From: Actinomycetota bacterium | GTDB lineage: Bacteria > Actinomycetota > Acidimicrobiia > IMCC26256 > VFJJ01 | DNA: 59,093 nt | NCBI GenBank assembly: GCA_009886115.1 | Contig: VFJJ01000142.1 | Coordinates: forward strand, 1 to 59,093 | Reading direction: 5' to 3' | In this document: in pieces, positions 19,225-29,436 of the stretch | Numbering within the stretch: the first letter of the stretch is position 1 | Layout: every line of letters starts with the position of its first letter | Translations under genes and position numbers: made by a program | The notes under the pieces: model-generated | The model's database searches: none | What the model saw: the letters and a program-made list of their open reading frames with translations, nothing else | What the model was told of the DNA's origin: nothing

Positions 19225-20388
19225 ATGCGACGACTGCTCGCGCTGACCGCGCTCATCTCGTTGGCCGTGTCGGCCGCGTCCTGCGACGACGACGACGACG
19301 GCTCGGCCGTTGTTCCTGCGACTGCCGTTGGCGCCGACACTGCGGGAGCCGACACTGCGGGAGCCGACACTGCGGGCGCCGACACTGCGGGGGCGACCGC
19401 GGCGACGACGGTGGGAGTGGCGAGCGCTCCCGTCGACGCGACCGCGGGACCGGCGGCCCCGGCGACCACCACGTCGGATCCCGACGCCGGCCCGATCGGC
19501 GCACCGCCGACCAGCCGGCCGGCATCGGTGCCCGTGGTGGGGATCGCCACCGAGATCTTCGTCGACGATGCGCGTCCCACCACCGCCGTCGAGGGGGTCA
19601 CCGAGGCCGCCGACACCCGAACCCTGCCGACGACCGTGTGGTATCCCGCCCTGGCCCCGGAGCGCACCGACACGCCCGTGGCGGACGCCGAGCCCGACAC
19701 CGGGCGCGGCCCCTACCCGCTCATCGAGCTCTCGCACGGGCTCACCGGTTTCGCGTCCCAGTTCGCGACCCTCGCTCCCGTGCTGGTCGCCGCGGGCTAC
19801 GTCGTCGTCTCCCCGGATTTCCCCGAGACGACCGGGGGCGTGGGCTTCGGGGCCGCATCGAGCCTCAGGTTCCAGCCCGACGACGTGAGCTTCACGATCG
19901 ACTCGATCCTGGCCCTCGACGACGACCCCGGCTCGCGCTGGCACGACCTCGTCGACCCGGGCCGCATCGGCATCGGCGGCCATTCGTTCGGCGCCATGAC
20001 CACGATGCTCACGCTCTACAACACGGCGTACACCGAGCCGAGAGTCGATGCCGCCGTCGCCATCTCGGGCGCGGCGCTCCCCGTCGAGGGCGGCGACTTC
20101 GTCTACGAAGGCCGTCCGCCGCTGTTGCTCGTCCATGGTGACGGCGATCCGATCGTTCCCTATGCCGGCAGCACCGACATCTACGCCCGCGCCGACGCTC
20201 CCACGTACCTGCTCACCCTGAAGGGCCAGAACCACGGCAGCTTCTTCGACGCCGACGATCCCGATTTCGAGGCGTTCGCGACCACCGTGGTGACCTTCTT
20301 CGACGTGTACGTCAAGGGCGACACCACGATCGAGGTTCCAACGGCGATCGACGACGAGACCATGAGCCTCGTCGGACGGGCCGCGTAG
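19225..20388 (+). CDS. Secreted lipoprotein alpha/beta hydrolase
   Basis: Signal plus AASC lipobox, Ala/Thr tether, SHG, GHSFG nucleophile, HGDGD, C-terminal His. Confidence 0.85.
   Translation: MRRLLALTALISLAVSAASCDDDDDGSAVVPATAVGADTAGADTAGADTAGADTAGATAATTVGVASAPVDATAGPAAPATTTSDPDAGPIGAPPTSRPASVPVVGIATEIFVDDARPTTAVEGVTEAADTRTLPTTVWYPALAPERTDTPVADAEPDTGRGPYPLIELSHGLTGFASQFATLAPVLVAAGYVVVSPDFPETTGGVGFGAASSLRFQPDDVSFTIDSILALDDDPGSRWHDLVDPGRIGIGGHSFGAMTTMLTLYNTAYTEPRVDAAVAISGAALPVEGGDFVYEGRPPLLLVHGDGDPIVPYAGSTDIYARADAPTYLLTLKGQNHGSFFDADDPDFEAFATTVVTFFDVYVKGDTTIEVPTAIDDETMSLVGRAA
19333..19392. repeat. In-frame 15-bp tandem repeat x4 (ADTAG)
   Basis: gccgacactgcggg(a/c/g) x4. Confidence 0.9.
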
Positions 20389-20390
20389 CG

Positions 20391-21212
20391 ATGCGCTGGA
20401 GCCGGGCCTCGGGCACCCGGGCCGACGAGGCTCGTCCGGGCTGGGAGCCTCCCGGCGGATCGCCGACAGGGCTGACGGCGCAGGAGCGGTACGTCCTCGA
20501 CCTCAACGGGTACGTCGTGCTCCGAGGGGTGCTCGATGCCGGACAGGTCGCGTACCTCAACGAGGTGATCGACGACCGTGCCCTCCCGTCGCCCACGTCG
20601 ACCATCCAAAGCCAGCGCTTCACCGGGATGCTCATGTGGGACAAGGCATTTCGCGACCTCCTGAGCCATCCCCGGGTGCTGTCGGTGATGGCCGAGATGG
20701 TCGGCGACCGGCTGCGTCTCGACCACTGCTACGGGATCGTCATGGCTCCGGGCACCGACGGGTTGGGTCTGCACGGCGGCGGCACCCCGTTCGACCCTGC
20801 GCAGTACGCCACCTTCAGCGGCGGGCGGATGCACCACGGGTTGTCTGTGGCCATGTACTCGCTGGTCGACGTGGGGCCCGACGAGGGCGGATTCTGCTGC
20901 ATCCCCGGCAGTCACAAGGCGAACTACGGCGTGCCGAACGGGATCGACCGTGCGCCCGAGCACCTCGCCGTCGTGAGGCAGGTGCCCCATCGGGCCGGTG
21001 ACGTGATCGTGTTCACCGAGGCGCTCACGCACGGCACGTCCACCTGGCTGGCACCGCATCAGCGCCGCCACGTGCTCTACAAGTACAGCCCCGGCAACTC
21101 CACCTGGGGCGTGCCCGAGGAACCCTCGCCCGAGCTTGCGGCGCTCCTCGACGACCAGCAGCGCCAGCTCCTGGCCCTCCCGTCGGTCGCCGCCCGCCAC
21201 CGTGTGGTGTGA
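20391..21212 (+). CDS. PhyH-family Fe(II)/2-oxoglutarate enzyme with HxG motif
   Basis: NGYVVLRGVL, HPRVL, LHGGG, GGF..IPGSHK, AGDVIVFTEALTHG, RR. Confidence 0.87.
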   Translation: MRWSRASGTRADEARPGWEPPGGSPTGLTAQERYVLDLNGYVVLRGVLDAGQVAYLNEVIDDRALPSPTSTIQSQRFTGMLMWDKAFRDLLSHPRVLSVMAEMVGDRLRLDHCYGIVMAPGTDGLGLHGGGTPFDPAQYATFSGGRMHHGLSVAMYSLVDVGPDEGGFCCIPGSHKANYGVPNGIDRAPEHLAVVRQVPHRAGDVIVFTEALTHGTSTWLAPHQRRHVLYKYSPGNSTWGVPEEPSPELAALLDDQQRQLLALPSVAARHRVV

Positions 21213-21227
21213 GAGCCGACGCTGCGC

Positions 21228-21956
21228 TCAGGTGGCGACGAAGAGCGTGCCGATGGCCGCGGCCACCGTGCGGAGCTGAGCCGTCCTGTCGTCGGCCACC
21301 TGGAACACGCTGACGATCCAGGTGGCGTCGCCGTCCTTCACGAACAGGGTTGACTGTGGGGCCGACCAGGCGGCCTCGTCACCCACCCCGTCGACGGTTT
21401 CGGTGGCCTCGGTCTGTTGGGCGAAGTAGTCGCCCGGCGCCCGGGTCACGCTCACCGCCTGCCCGGCGTTCTCGCGGTAGTACACGCAGTTCGGGTCGGC
21501 GTAGGACGGGTTCGACTCGGCCAGCCCGATGGTGACGCCGATCTCCTGCGAGATGACCGCCTTGTCGACGGCCGGACACAGATCCTGCCCGGTGAGGTCG
21601 CGGGTGGGCGCGGGCGCCTGCCCGTTGGGGTCGCCCGTCGAGGCCGTGTCGGTGGAACCGACCGGCGTCCCGTCGGCCAGGGTGGCACCGGGAGCCACCC
21701 TGTCGACGGCGACATCGGCCGCTGTTGCACCGGCCGCCGATCCGTTCGGGCTCGACTGGCCGGCCTGGTCGGTGGAGCCGCCGGCCGGCGTGACCCCGGC
21801 CGGGCCGGCGCCTTCGGTGGGGGCGCCGCTGTCATCGTCGTCGGCGCAGGCGGCGAGCCCGAGCACGAGCACCAGCGCGCCCGCGAGCCCTGCGACGCGG
21901 TGGACGCGGCCCCGGCGATGGCGGGAAGGAACATGGACGTCGGGGGATGAGACCAT
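21228..21956 (-). CDS. Hypothetical lipoprotein
   Basis: Hydrophobic signal plus LAAC-ADDDD, low-complexity tether, C-terminal Cys-containing domain with VDGVGDEAAW. Confidence 0.75.
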   Translation of the reverse strand: MVSSPDVHVPSRHRRGRVHRVAGLAGALVLVLGLAACADDDDSGAPTEGAGPAGVTPAGGSTDQAGQSSPNGSAAGATAADVAVDRVAPGATLADGTPVGSTDTASTGDPNGQAPAPTRDLTGQDLCPAVDKAVISQEIGVTIGLAESNPSYADPNCVYYRENAGQAVSVTRAPGDYFAQQTEATETVDGVGDEAAWSAPQSTLFVKDGDATWIVSVFQVADDRTAQLRTVAAAIGTLFVAT

Positions 21957-22031
21957 CGCCCCACGCTACCTGCCCCGAACCGGGGTCCTGACCGCGCCCG
22001 CCCCGGTGTGGATTCCCGTAACCTCGACGCC

Positions 22032-23342
22032 ATGAAGCTCGACGATGCATCCGACGCGCCAGCCACCGACACAGCTGCATCCGACGCGCCAGCCACTGAC
22101 ACGGCAGCCACTGACACGGCCGGCGACCCCGGCGACTACCTCGACCTCGACCCCATGGCCCAGTTCTCGGGCGTGGCCGGCGACGTGCGCGACCCGTACC
22201 CCGCGCTGTGGGACAAGCGCCAGCACCATCCCGTGGAGCGGATCGAGACCACGAACTGGAAGGGCGAACCCATCGTCCAGTACACGGTGTACCCGTTCGA
22301 CCTCGTGTCGCAGGTGATGCGCGACAACGAGACGTTCGTGAGTGCCGCCATTCGCGAGACGATGGGCCTGGTGATGGGCGACACGCTCCTCGTGGGCCTC
22401 GACGAGCCCGAGCACCGACGACAGCGGGCGCTCGTGGCGCCGGCCTTCCGGGCCAAGGCCATGGCCCGGTGGGAGACCACGCTCATGAGCACGGTCATCG
22501 ACGAGCTCATCGACCGCTTCGCAGCACGCGGCCACGCCGAGCTGGTGCGCGAGCTCACGTTCCAGTTCCCGGTGCAGGTCATCGCGGAGATCCTCGGCAT
22601 CCCCCGCAGCGACTACCCGCGCTTTCACCGTTGGGCCATGGCCATCATCAACCTGGTCGCCGATCCCGGTGCGGGCTTCGCTGCTGCGCTCGACCTGCGC
22701 GAGTACCTGAAGCCGCTCATCGACGACCGCCGGGCCGAGCCCCGCGACGACGTGATCAGCGATCTCGTCACCGTCGAGCTCCCCGACGCCGAAGGCCAGC
22801 CAGAACGGCTGAGCGACGAGGAGATCAACTCGTTCCTGTGCCTCCTGCTCCCGGCCGGGGCCGAGACCACCTACCGGGCCTCGGGCAACCTGCTGTTCGG
22901 TCTGCTCAGCCATCCCGACCAGCTCGACGCGGTCCGGGCCGACCGGGCGCTCCTGCCCCAGGCCGTGGAGGAGGGGCTGCGCTGGGAGAACCCGCTCACG
23001 ATCACCATGCGGCGGGCGGCTCGCGACACCGAGCTCGGCGGCGTGCCCGTCGAGGCCGGGGCCGACGTGATCGCGCATCTCGGCGCAGCCAACCATGATC
23101 CCCAGCACTGGGATCGACCCGACGACTTCGACATCCACCGTCCCCAACGCCAGGCCGCGGTGTTCGGCTTCGGTCCCCACATGTGTCTGGGCATGCACCT
23201 CGCCCGGCTCGAGATCCGCTTGGCCGTGACCCACCTGCTCGATCGGTTCCCCGACCTCCGCCTCGACGTGGGCTCCGGCGGCGACCCGCACATCCATGGG
23301 GACAGGTTCCGCTCGCCGACGGCGTTGCCGGTGCTGTTGTGA
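22032..23342 (+). CDS. Cytochrome P450
   Basis: AGAETT I-helix, EGLR (ExxR), FGFGPHMCLG heme motif; 30-bp duplication at 22046-22105 in the N-terminus. Confidence 0.96.
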   Translation: MKLDDASDAPATDTAASDAPATDTAATDTAGDPGDYLDLDPMAQFSGVAGDVRDPYPALWDKRQHHPVERIETTNWKGEPIVQYTVYPFDLVSQVMRDNETFVSAAIRETMGLVMGDTLLVGLDEPEHRRQRALVAPAFRAKAMARWETTLMSTVIDELIDRFAARGHAELVRELTFQFPVQVIAEILGIPRSDYPRFHRWAMAIINLVADPGAGFAAALDLREYLKPLIDDRRAEPRDDVISDLVTVELPDAEGQPERLSDEEINSFLCLLLPAGAETTYRASGNLLFGLLSHPDQLDAVRADRALLPQAVEEGLRWENPLTITMRRAARDTELGGVPVEAGADVIAHLGAANHDPQHWDRPDDFDIHRPQRQAAVFGFGPHMCLGMHLARLEIRLAVTHLLDRFPDLRLDVGSGGDPHIHGDRFRSPTALPVLL

Positions 23343-23391
23343 ATCTCTGAGTCCCCGCCCGAGCATCCTGGCCCAGGAGAGACGTGCGACC

Positions 23392-23601
23392 GTGAACATC
23401 GAGATCACCATCGATCCCGTGTCCTGCATGGGATCGGGCAACTGCTCGTACTGGGCGCCGGCGACGTTCGATCTCGGCGACGACGGGATCGCGTTCGTCG
23501 TCGACCCCTCTGGTGATCCGCTGGAGAAGGTCGTCCTGGCGGTGCAGGGCTGTCCGACCCGGGCCATCACCGTCACGCGCGACGGGCTGGTCCTGGGCTG
23601 A
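23392..23601 (+). CDS. Ferredoxin ([3Fe-4S]-type P450 partner)
   Basis: CMGSGNC...CP; AGGAG upstream; directly after the P450. Confidence 0.9.
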   Translation: MNIEITIDPVSCMGSGNCSYWAPATFDLGDDGIAFVVDPSGDPLEKVVLAVQGCPTRAITVTRDGLVLG

Positions 23602-23776
23602 GCACAGAACGTCGCGCCGTCTGCCACCAGTTCGGCGTCACGCTTCGCTACGCTGCTGCGGGCGGAACCAGAGCGAACCAGAGCATCGAGCACCACAGCA
23701 GCACAACCACGGAGCCGGGGTCACACACAGTCGAACGCGTACCGCGATCGCGCTACGCCCGTCGAGGAGCGTCCCC

Positions 23777-24301
23777 ATGCTGCATTCGGTCAATCGGTCA
23801 TCGACGCGTACCACTGCACACCTGGCGCTGCGCATCGCTGTCGGGCTGATCGTCGTGGTCGTGCTCGCCTCCTGCGGCGGCGACGACGACGACGACACCA
23901 CCAGCACGACCGCGTTCTCGCCGCCCCCGCTCGAGACGACCACCACCGCGTCGCTGACCCCGGTGACTGCGTCGGTCTCGGTGACGTCGCTCACGGCCGA
24001 CTCCGGCGCCACCAGCCCCACGCCGACCGCGGGTCCCGAGGGCACCTACACGGTCGCGTCCGGCGACACCCTCTCGCAGATCGCCGACCGGTTCCAGACC
24101 TCGACGCAGGCGTTCATGGACGCCAACGGCATCACCGACCCCGACAAGATCTTCGTGGGCCAGGAACTCGTCGTCCCGCCCCCCACCACGCCCACGATCC
24201 CCGCAGCCACCACGGCGACCACGGCCGCGGCAACCACGACCGTCGCACCGACGCCCGAGTCGTTGGCGGTCACCACCCAACCGGGCACGGGCACCGACTG
24301 A
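23777..24301 (+). CDS. LysM-domain lipoprotein
   Basis: LASC lipobox; YTVASGDTLSQIADRF...NGITDPDKIFVGQELVVP. Confidence 0.9.
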   Translation: MLHSVNRSSTRTTAHLALRIAVGLIVVVVLASCGGDDDDDTTSTTAFSPPPLETTTTASLTPVTASVSVTSLTADSGATSPTPTAGPEGTYTVASGDTLSQIADRFQTSTQAFMDANGITDPDKIFVGQELVVPPPTTPTIPAATTATTAAATTTVAPTPESLAVTTQPGTGTD

Positions 24302-24365
24302 CCTGGCGTCAGTTGGGTGGCTCCCTGCCCGGTGGCCGGGGGGGACCGGTCGGCGTGGGCGGCGG

Positions 24366-26048
24366 TCAGCCCGTCGGGGCGCCGCCGCGTCGCATGCCGT
24401 CGCGTAGCTCGAACTTCTTGATCTTGCCCGAGGGCGTGCGCGGGAACTCGTCGACGACGCGTACCTCCTCGGGCCACTTCTGTCGCGGTACCCCGGCCCG
24501 GTCGAAGAACGCCCTGACCCCGGCGAGATCGGGAGCCGTCGCGCCGGGGATCGGACGCACGAACGCGCAGGCATGCTCGCCGTAGCGCTCGTCGGGGGCC
24601 GCCACGACCGCGACCTCGGCCACGCCGGGCATGCGCTGGAGGACGTCCTCGATCTCGGCCGGGCTCAGGTTGAGACCCCCCCTGATCACGATGTCGCGCA
24701 AGCGATCGGTGATGGTGAGCCACCCCTCGTCGTCGACGACGGCCACGTCGCCCGTGCTGTACCACCCGTCACCCCGGGCGAATGCCTCGGCCGTGAGCGA
24801 CGGGTCGGTGTAACCGGCGAAGAGCTCGGGTCCGCGGGCGAGGATCTCGCCCGGGGTGCCGGCCGGCATGTCGCGTCCGTCCTCGTCGACGATGCGGATC
24901 TCGACGCCGGGCATGGCCCGGCCATCGGTGGAGAGACGCTTGTCGACCGGCTCGTCGTGCGATGCGCCCGTCGTCGACGGCAGCTCGGTGGAGCCGTACG
25001 AGCGCACGATCGAGATGCCCAGCCCGGTGGCCCGCTCGGCGACGGCGCGCGGTATGGGCGAGCCGCCCAGGCCGACGGAGCGCATCCGCTCGATGTGACG
25101 GGCTCCGAAGCCGGGCGCGTCGAGCAGCGAGGTGAGCAGGTAGGTGGAACCGCTCCCGGCACTCAGGTCGGCCTCGATCATGGCGTCGAGGATCGTCGGC
25201 GGGTCCCACTGGTCGATGAGGAACACCCCGTGGCCCTTGAGCAGGCACAGCAACAGGCCGCCGAGCATCCCCATGAAGTGGCTCACCGGCGCCCCCGTGA
25301 GCTGCGGACGGCCGCCCGTGCCGTTCATGGCCGAGAGCTGGCGGAGCTCGGCCAGCAGCGAGCGATGCGTGTGGATGACCCCCTTGGGGTTGGCGGTGGT
25401 TCCCGAGGTGTAGGCGATCAACGCGGGGGAGTCGGCGGTGATCGTGTGCGTGCGCGCGATCGGGGGCCCGCTGGCGTGGTCTTCGTCGAGCAGGCTCGCG
25501 AACTCGACGGCCCCGGTGGGCAGTGGGCGGGTGTCGGGAGCGCCTTCGGTGTCGGGCGCCCGGACGACGGCGACGAGCTCGAGGTCGGGGAGGTCGCGCC
25601 ACAGCCCGTCGATCATGGCCAGATGGTCGAGATGCCCGAAGCGGGACATGGTGAGATGGGCCCGCGACCGCGACTGGCGGAGCACGTGGCCGAGCTCCCG
25701 TGGGCCGTAGAAGTGCACGACCGGCACGAGCGTTGCGCCGGTCATCGCCGTGCCCCAGAAGGCGATCGCCGCCTCGACCCAGTTGGCGATCTGGAAGCTC
25801 ACGACATCGCCCGGACCGATGTCGCGAGCCGCCAGCGAGGCAGCCAGGCGCTTGGCTCCTGATGCGACGACGTCGAGCGGGCTGTGCCAGGGACGCGCGC
25901 GCGACCAGATCCGCACGTCCACCGACGATCCGAGCTCGTCGAGGCGGCGGGCGATGACACCGCCGAGGCGGTCGTCGGTCCACCAGCCCTGTTCGAGATA
26001 GCGGTCACGCAGGGCCGGCGCGGTCTCGCGGAGCTGCCAAGGAGCCAT
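24366..26048 (-). CDS. Acyl-CoA ligase (cyclohexanecarboxylate-CoA ligase-like)
   Basis: YTSGTTANPKG, YGSTE, WYSTGD, QKWPE, PRTPSGKIKK. Confidence 0.92.
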   Translation of the reverse strand: MAPWQLRETAPALRDRYLEQGWWTDDRLGGVIARRLDELGSSVDVRIWSRARPWHSPLDVVASGAKRLAASLAARDIGPGDVVSFQIANWVEAAIAFWGTAMTGATLVPVVHFYGPRELGHVLRQSRSRAHLTMSRFGHLDHLAMIDGLWRDLPDLELVAVVRAPDTEGAPDTRPLPTGAVEFASLLDEDHASGPPIARTHTITADSPALIAYTSGTTANPKGVIHTHRSLLAELRQLSAMNGTGGRPQLTGAPVSHFMGMLGGLLLCLLKGHGVFLIDQWDPPTILDAMIEADLSAGSGSTYLLTSLLDAPGFGARHIERMRSVGLGGSPIPRAVAERATGLGISIVRSYGSTELPSTTGASHDEPVDKRLSTDGRAMPGVEIRIVDEDGRDMPAGTPGEILARGPELFAGYTDPSLTAEAFARGDGWYSTGDVAVVDDEGWLTITDRLRDIVIRGGLNLSPAEIEDVLQRMPGVAEVAVVAAPDERYGEHACAFVRPIPGATAPDLAGVRAFFDRAGVPRQKWPEEVRVVDEFPRTPSGKIKKFELRDGMRRGGAPTG

Positions 26049-26230
26049 GCCCCGACGGTACGCCAGAGTTGACACCTCGGGCAGCGAGCAGTGAGCATCG
26101 CCGCTGGCGAGCGTTGAACGACGGGCCCCGGGCGACGAACGCGCTGGTCGATCGACACGGATGGCGCCGGGGCTGGTGCTCGTCGGGCGTCTCCAGCGGC
26201 GGGTCTGGGAGCGGGTCAGGGAGCGGGCAC

Positions 26231-26656
26231 ATGGGCGAGCGGAAGTTGACGGGGATGGACGTGCACGTGGGCGATACCGGCCCTCCGGTCGTGCACACGC
26301 TCACGCGTACCGACCTGGTCATGTACGCGGGCGCCTCGGGCGACTTCAACCCGATGCACTCCGACGACGTCGCGGCTCGTGCTGGGGGCCTGCCGGGCGT
26401 GTTCGGGCACGGGATGTTCTCGGCCGCTCTGCTCGCCCGGGCGATCACCGACTACGTGGGTGTCGGCAACCTCACGAGCTACCAGGTCCGCTTCACCCGC
26501 CAGACCTGGCCCGGCGAGGTGCTCACGAGCTCGGTCACGGTGGTCGGGGCACGGGCCGTCGACGGTGCGCATCTCGTCGACCTCGAGTGCCGGCTGAGCA
26601 ACGAGGCGGGGGAGGTCAAGGTCGAGGGGCGAGCCGTCGCCGCTCTGGCGCCGTGA
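26231..26656 (+). CDS. MaoC family (R)-enoyl-CoA hydratase
   Basis: YAGASGDFNPMH hydratase-2 motif, FGHGM. Confidence 0.9.
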   Translation: MGERKLTGMDVHVGDTGPPVVHTLTRTDLVMYAGASGDFNPMHSDDVAARAGGLPGVFGHGMFSAALLARAITDYVGVGNLTSYQVRFTRQTWPGEVLTSSVTVVGARAVDGAHLVDLECRLSNEAGEVKVEGRAVAALAP

Positions 26657-26815
26657 TCCTCGGGGTCCGCCGACGCTCGCCGCCGGCTGACGCTCGCCGC
26701 TGCTTCGTCACTGGCTTCGTCGCTGGCGATCAGCGCCGGGATACCGTGCCCCGAATGCGCGCTGCGCACCTGCGGTACCCGTCTCGTCCACCGCCCGTCA
26801 GACTGCGAGTCAGCC

Positions 26816-27232
26816 ATGGCATCAGGACTCCGCTTCGACCTCCCGACGATCGACGACGAGACCCGGCCGTTCTGGGACGGCTGCAGCCAAGGCATGCTCC
26901 GGATCAAGCGCTGCCTGGCCTGTCGCAAGGTCTTCCACTACCCCCGCCCGTTCTGTCCCACCTGTTGGAGCGACGACGTGGAGTGGTTCACGGCATCGGG
27001 ACGGGGCACCGTCTACACCTACTCCATCGTCCACGTGAACGATCTGCCGCCGTGGGCCGAGCGGGTGCCGTACATCGCGGCGATCGTCGAGCTCGAGGAG
27101 GGGCCGCGCATCATGACCAACGTGATCGAGTGCGCCTTCGACGACGTGCGCTGCGGGCTCCCGGTCGAGGTGAGCTTCAAGGAGCACGCAGACGAGCTCT
27201 TCATCCCGGTGTTCAAGCCGGCGACGAGCTGA
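26816..27232 (+). CDS. DUF35 Zn-ribbon/OB-fold protein
   Basis: PFWDG, C..C, YPRPFCPTC, SGRGTVYTYS, VELEEGPR. Confidence 0.92.
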   Translation: MASGLRFDLPTIDDETRPFWDGCSQGMLRIKRCLACRKVFHYPRPFCPTCWSDDVEWFTASGRGTVYTYSIVHVNDLPPWAERVPYIAAIVELEEGPRIMTNVIECAFDDVRCGLPVEVSFKEHADELFIPVFKPATS

Positions 27233-27262
27233 GGATCTGAGGATGCTGAGCATGCTGAGCAT
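27228..27262. repeat. 9-bp tandem repeat (gctgagsat, about 4 copies)
   Basis: gctgaggat ctgaggat gctgagcat gctgagcat. Confidence 0.75.
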
Positions 27263-27295
27263 GGCTCGTCTGTGGGCGCGTCGAGCGGGGGGCTC

Positions 27296-27724
27296 ATGAG
27301 CGACTGGAGCTTCCGCTGGGAGGCCCACCTCCACGACGTGTTCCCTCGCCTCTCGGACGACCTCTCGGCGTTGCTGGCCCGCATCGACGACCTCCCGGTG
27401 ATCGACCCCAAGACCCGCGAGCTCATTCGCCTGGTGTGCTCGGTGGCGACCCGGGGCCCGGCCGGGATCGAGCGTCACGCCATGCTGGCCCGCGAGTTCG
27501 GTGCCGGGTGGGACGAGGTGCTCGGTGCCATCGTATTGACCATGCCGGCGCTCGGCCTCCAGACCGTCGTCGATGCCATCGTCCCTGCCCGCAAGGGTTT
27601 CGACGCTGCGCCACTCGACGATCCGAGCGACGACGAGCCCGAGCCCGGTGCTCCGACCGATGCCGTCGACACGCCCGATGCCATCGATGCCGTCGACGCC
27701 GCCGATCCGATCGGAGCACCATGA
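27296..27724 (+). CDS. Carboxymuconolactone decarboxylase/AhpD-like protein
   Basis: IDPKTRELI, H...A...GA..DEV pattern; no CxxC. Confidence 0.78.
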   Translation: MSDWSFRWEAHLHDVFPRLSDDLSALLARIDDLPVIDPKTRELIRLVCSVATRGPAGIERHAMLAREFGAGWDEVLGAIVLTMPALGLQTVVDAIVPARKGFDAAPLDDPSDDEPEPGAPTDAVDTPDAIDAVDAADPIGAP

Positions 27725-28146
27725 GCGAGTCGGGGTCGCCGCGCGATCACCGCATCCTGCCCAAGGTCACAGCGACCAACGAGCACTACTGGCGCGGTGG
27801 TGAGCACGGCACGCTCGTGCTCCTGCGCTGTCGCAGCTGCGGGTACCGGCTCCATCCCCCGACGCCCGTGTGCCCGCAGTGCCTGGGCCGTGATCTGGCG
27901 CCCGAGGCCGTCTCGGGACGGGCGACCGTCGCCACGTTCACGATCAACCACCAGCCCTGGTACCCGGGGCTCGAGGTGCCGTTCGTGCTGGCGATCGTCG
28001 AGCTCGACGAGCAGCCCGACGTGCGCATCACCACGAACATCGTCAACTGCCCGATCCCCGATGTGCGCATCGGGATGCGGGTGCAGGTCGTGTTCAGGGC
28101 CTACGACGACGTCTGGATCCCCTTCTTCGAACCCGAGGTGGCCTGA
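27721..28146 (+). CDS. DUF35 Zn-ribbon/OB-fold protein
   Basis: CRSC, HPP.PVCPQC, SGRATV, VELDEQ; ATGA overlap with the upstream gene. Confidence 0.9.
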   Translation: MSESGSPRDHRILPKVTATNEHYWRGGEHGTLVLLRCRSCGYRLHPPTPVCPQCLGRDLAPEAVSGRATVATFTINHQPWYPGLEVPFVLAIVELDEQPDVRITTNIVNCPIPDVRIGMRVQVVFRAYDDVWIPFFEPEVA

Positions 28147-29372
28147 TGGCCGGACCGTTCCAGGGCCGTGTCGCGATCACGGGCATCGGCCAGTCGGACG
28201 TGGGTCGGCGCCTGGGCCGAGATCCGCTCGAGCTCACGCTCGACGCGTGCCTAGCCGCCATCGCCGATGCCGGTCTGACCCCGGCCGACATCGACGGCAT
28301 CGCCACCTACCCGGGAGCGATGGACAACCCGCCGGGGTTCAGCGGAGCTGGCGTCACCGACGTTCACGACGCGCTCCGTCTGAAGCTCAACTGGTACTAC
28401 GGCGGGATCGAGTCGCCCGGCCAGACCGGCTCCACGATCAACGGGATGATGGCCGTGGCGACCGGGCTGGCGTCGCACGTGCTGTGCTTTCGCACCGTCT
28501 TCGAGGGCTCGGCCCAGGGCGCCCAGGGCCGCTCCGCGGTGATGACCGGCGGCGCGGCCGACGGGGGCAGTGGGGGCGGTTATCGGGCCGGGGGCTTCCA
28601 GCAGTGGGTGCTGCCGTACGGAGCGCCGTCGGCCGCCCCGTGGATCGCCATGTTCGCCCAGCGGCACTTCCACGAGTTCGGCACGACCAGGGAGCAGATG
28701 GCCCAGATCGCGCTCAACGCTCGAAAGAACGCCGCGTCGAACCCCAAGGCCATCTACGGCACGCCGCTCACGCTCGACGACTACCTGAGCGCCCGGATGA
28801 TCTCCGAGCCCTTCTGCCTCTTCGACTGCGACGTTCCGTGCGACGGGGCCACGGCGGTGATCGTGTCGCGCACCGACCTGGCCCGATCGCTACGCAAGCC
28901 GCCGATCATCGTCGAGTCGGCCGGGACGGCCATTCGCGGGCGCCCGTCGTGGGACCAGTGGGACGATCTCACCACCATGTCGGTGCGCGATGCGGGCTTG
29001 AGCCTTTGGGAGCGCACCCATCTGCGCCCGTCCGACGTCGAGGTCGCCGAGCTGTACGACGGGTTCAGCTTCATCGCCATGTCGTGGCTCGAGGCGCTGG
29101 GGTTCTGCGGCCGGGGTGAGAGCGGCCCGTTCATCGAGGGCGGTCACCGCATCGCGCTCGACGGCGAGCTTCCGCTGAACACCAACGGCGGGCAGCTCTC
29201 GTCGGGCCGTCTGCACGGCTACGGCTTCCTCCACGAGGCGTGCGTGCAGCTCTGGGGCGAAGGCGCCGGTCGCCAGGTGCTCTCCTCCGGTGGCGCCCGT
29301 CCCGAGCTCGCCGTCGCCGCAGCGGGGGGTGGCCCCACCGCCAGCTGCCTCCTGCTCTCGTGCGCCCGCTGA
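28146..29372 (+). CDS. Thiolase-superfamily protein (SCP2/Ltp type)
   Basis: AITGIGQS, NPKA, DCDVPCDG, ELYDGFS, NTNGGQLSSGRLHG; TGATG coupling to DUF35. Confidence 0.92.
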   Translation: MAGPFQGRVAITGIGQSDVGRRLGRDPLELTLDACLAAIADAGLTPADIDGIATYPGAMDNPPGFSGAGVTDVHDALRLKLNWYYGGIESPGQTGSTINGMMAVATGLASHVLCFRTVFEGSAQGAQGRSAVMTGGAADGGSGGGYRAGGFQQWVLPYGAPSAAPWIAMFAQRHFHEFGTTREQMAQIALNARKNAASNPKAIYGTPLTLDDYLSARMISEPFCLFDCDVPCDGATAVIVSRTDLARSLRKPPIIVESAGTAIRGRPSWDQWDDLTTMSVRDAGLSLWERTHLRPSDVEVAELYDGFSFIAMSWLEALGFCGRGESGPFIEGGHRIALDGELPLNTNGGQLSSGRLHGYGFLHEACVQLWGEGAGRQVLSSGGARPELAVAAAGGGPTASCLLLSCAR

Positions 29373-29383
29373 CCGCCGCCATC

Positions 29384-29424
29384 TGTGTGCAGAAAACGTC
29401 GCCAGGCGACGTTTTCTGCACAAA
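29384..29424. repeat. REP-like intergenic palindrome, copy 3
   Basis: tgtgtgcagaaaacgtcgcc-a-ggcgacgttttctgcacaaa; near-identical to 259-299 with a compensatory swap. Confidence 0.85.
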
Positions 29425-29436
29425 TTTGGGCGTGGG

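Noticed and set aside
23602..23776. c-di-AMP (ydaO) riboswitch upstream of the LysM gene
   Set aside because: The expected conserved segments are not recognisable; an Rfam scan is needed
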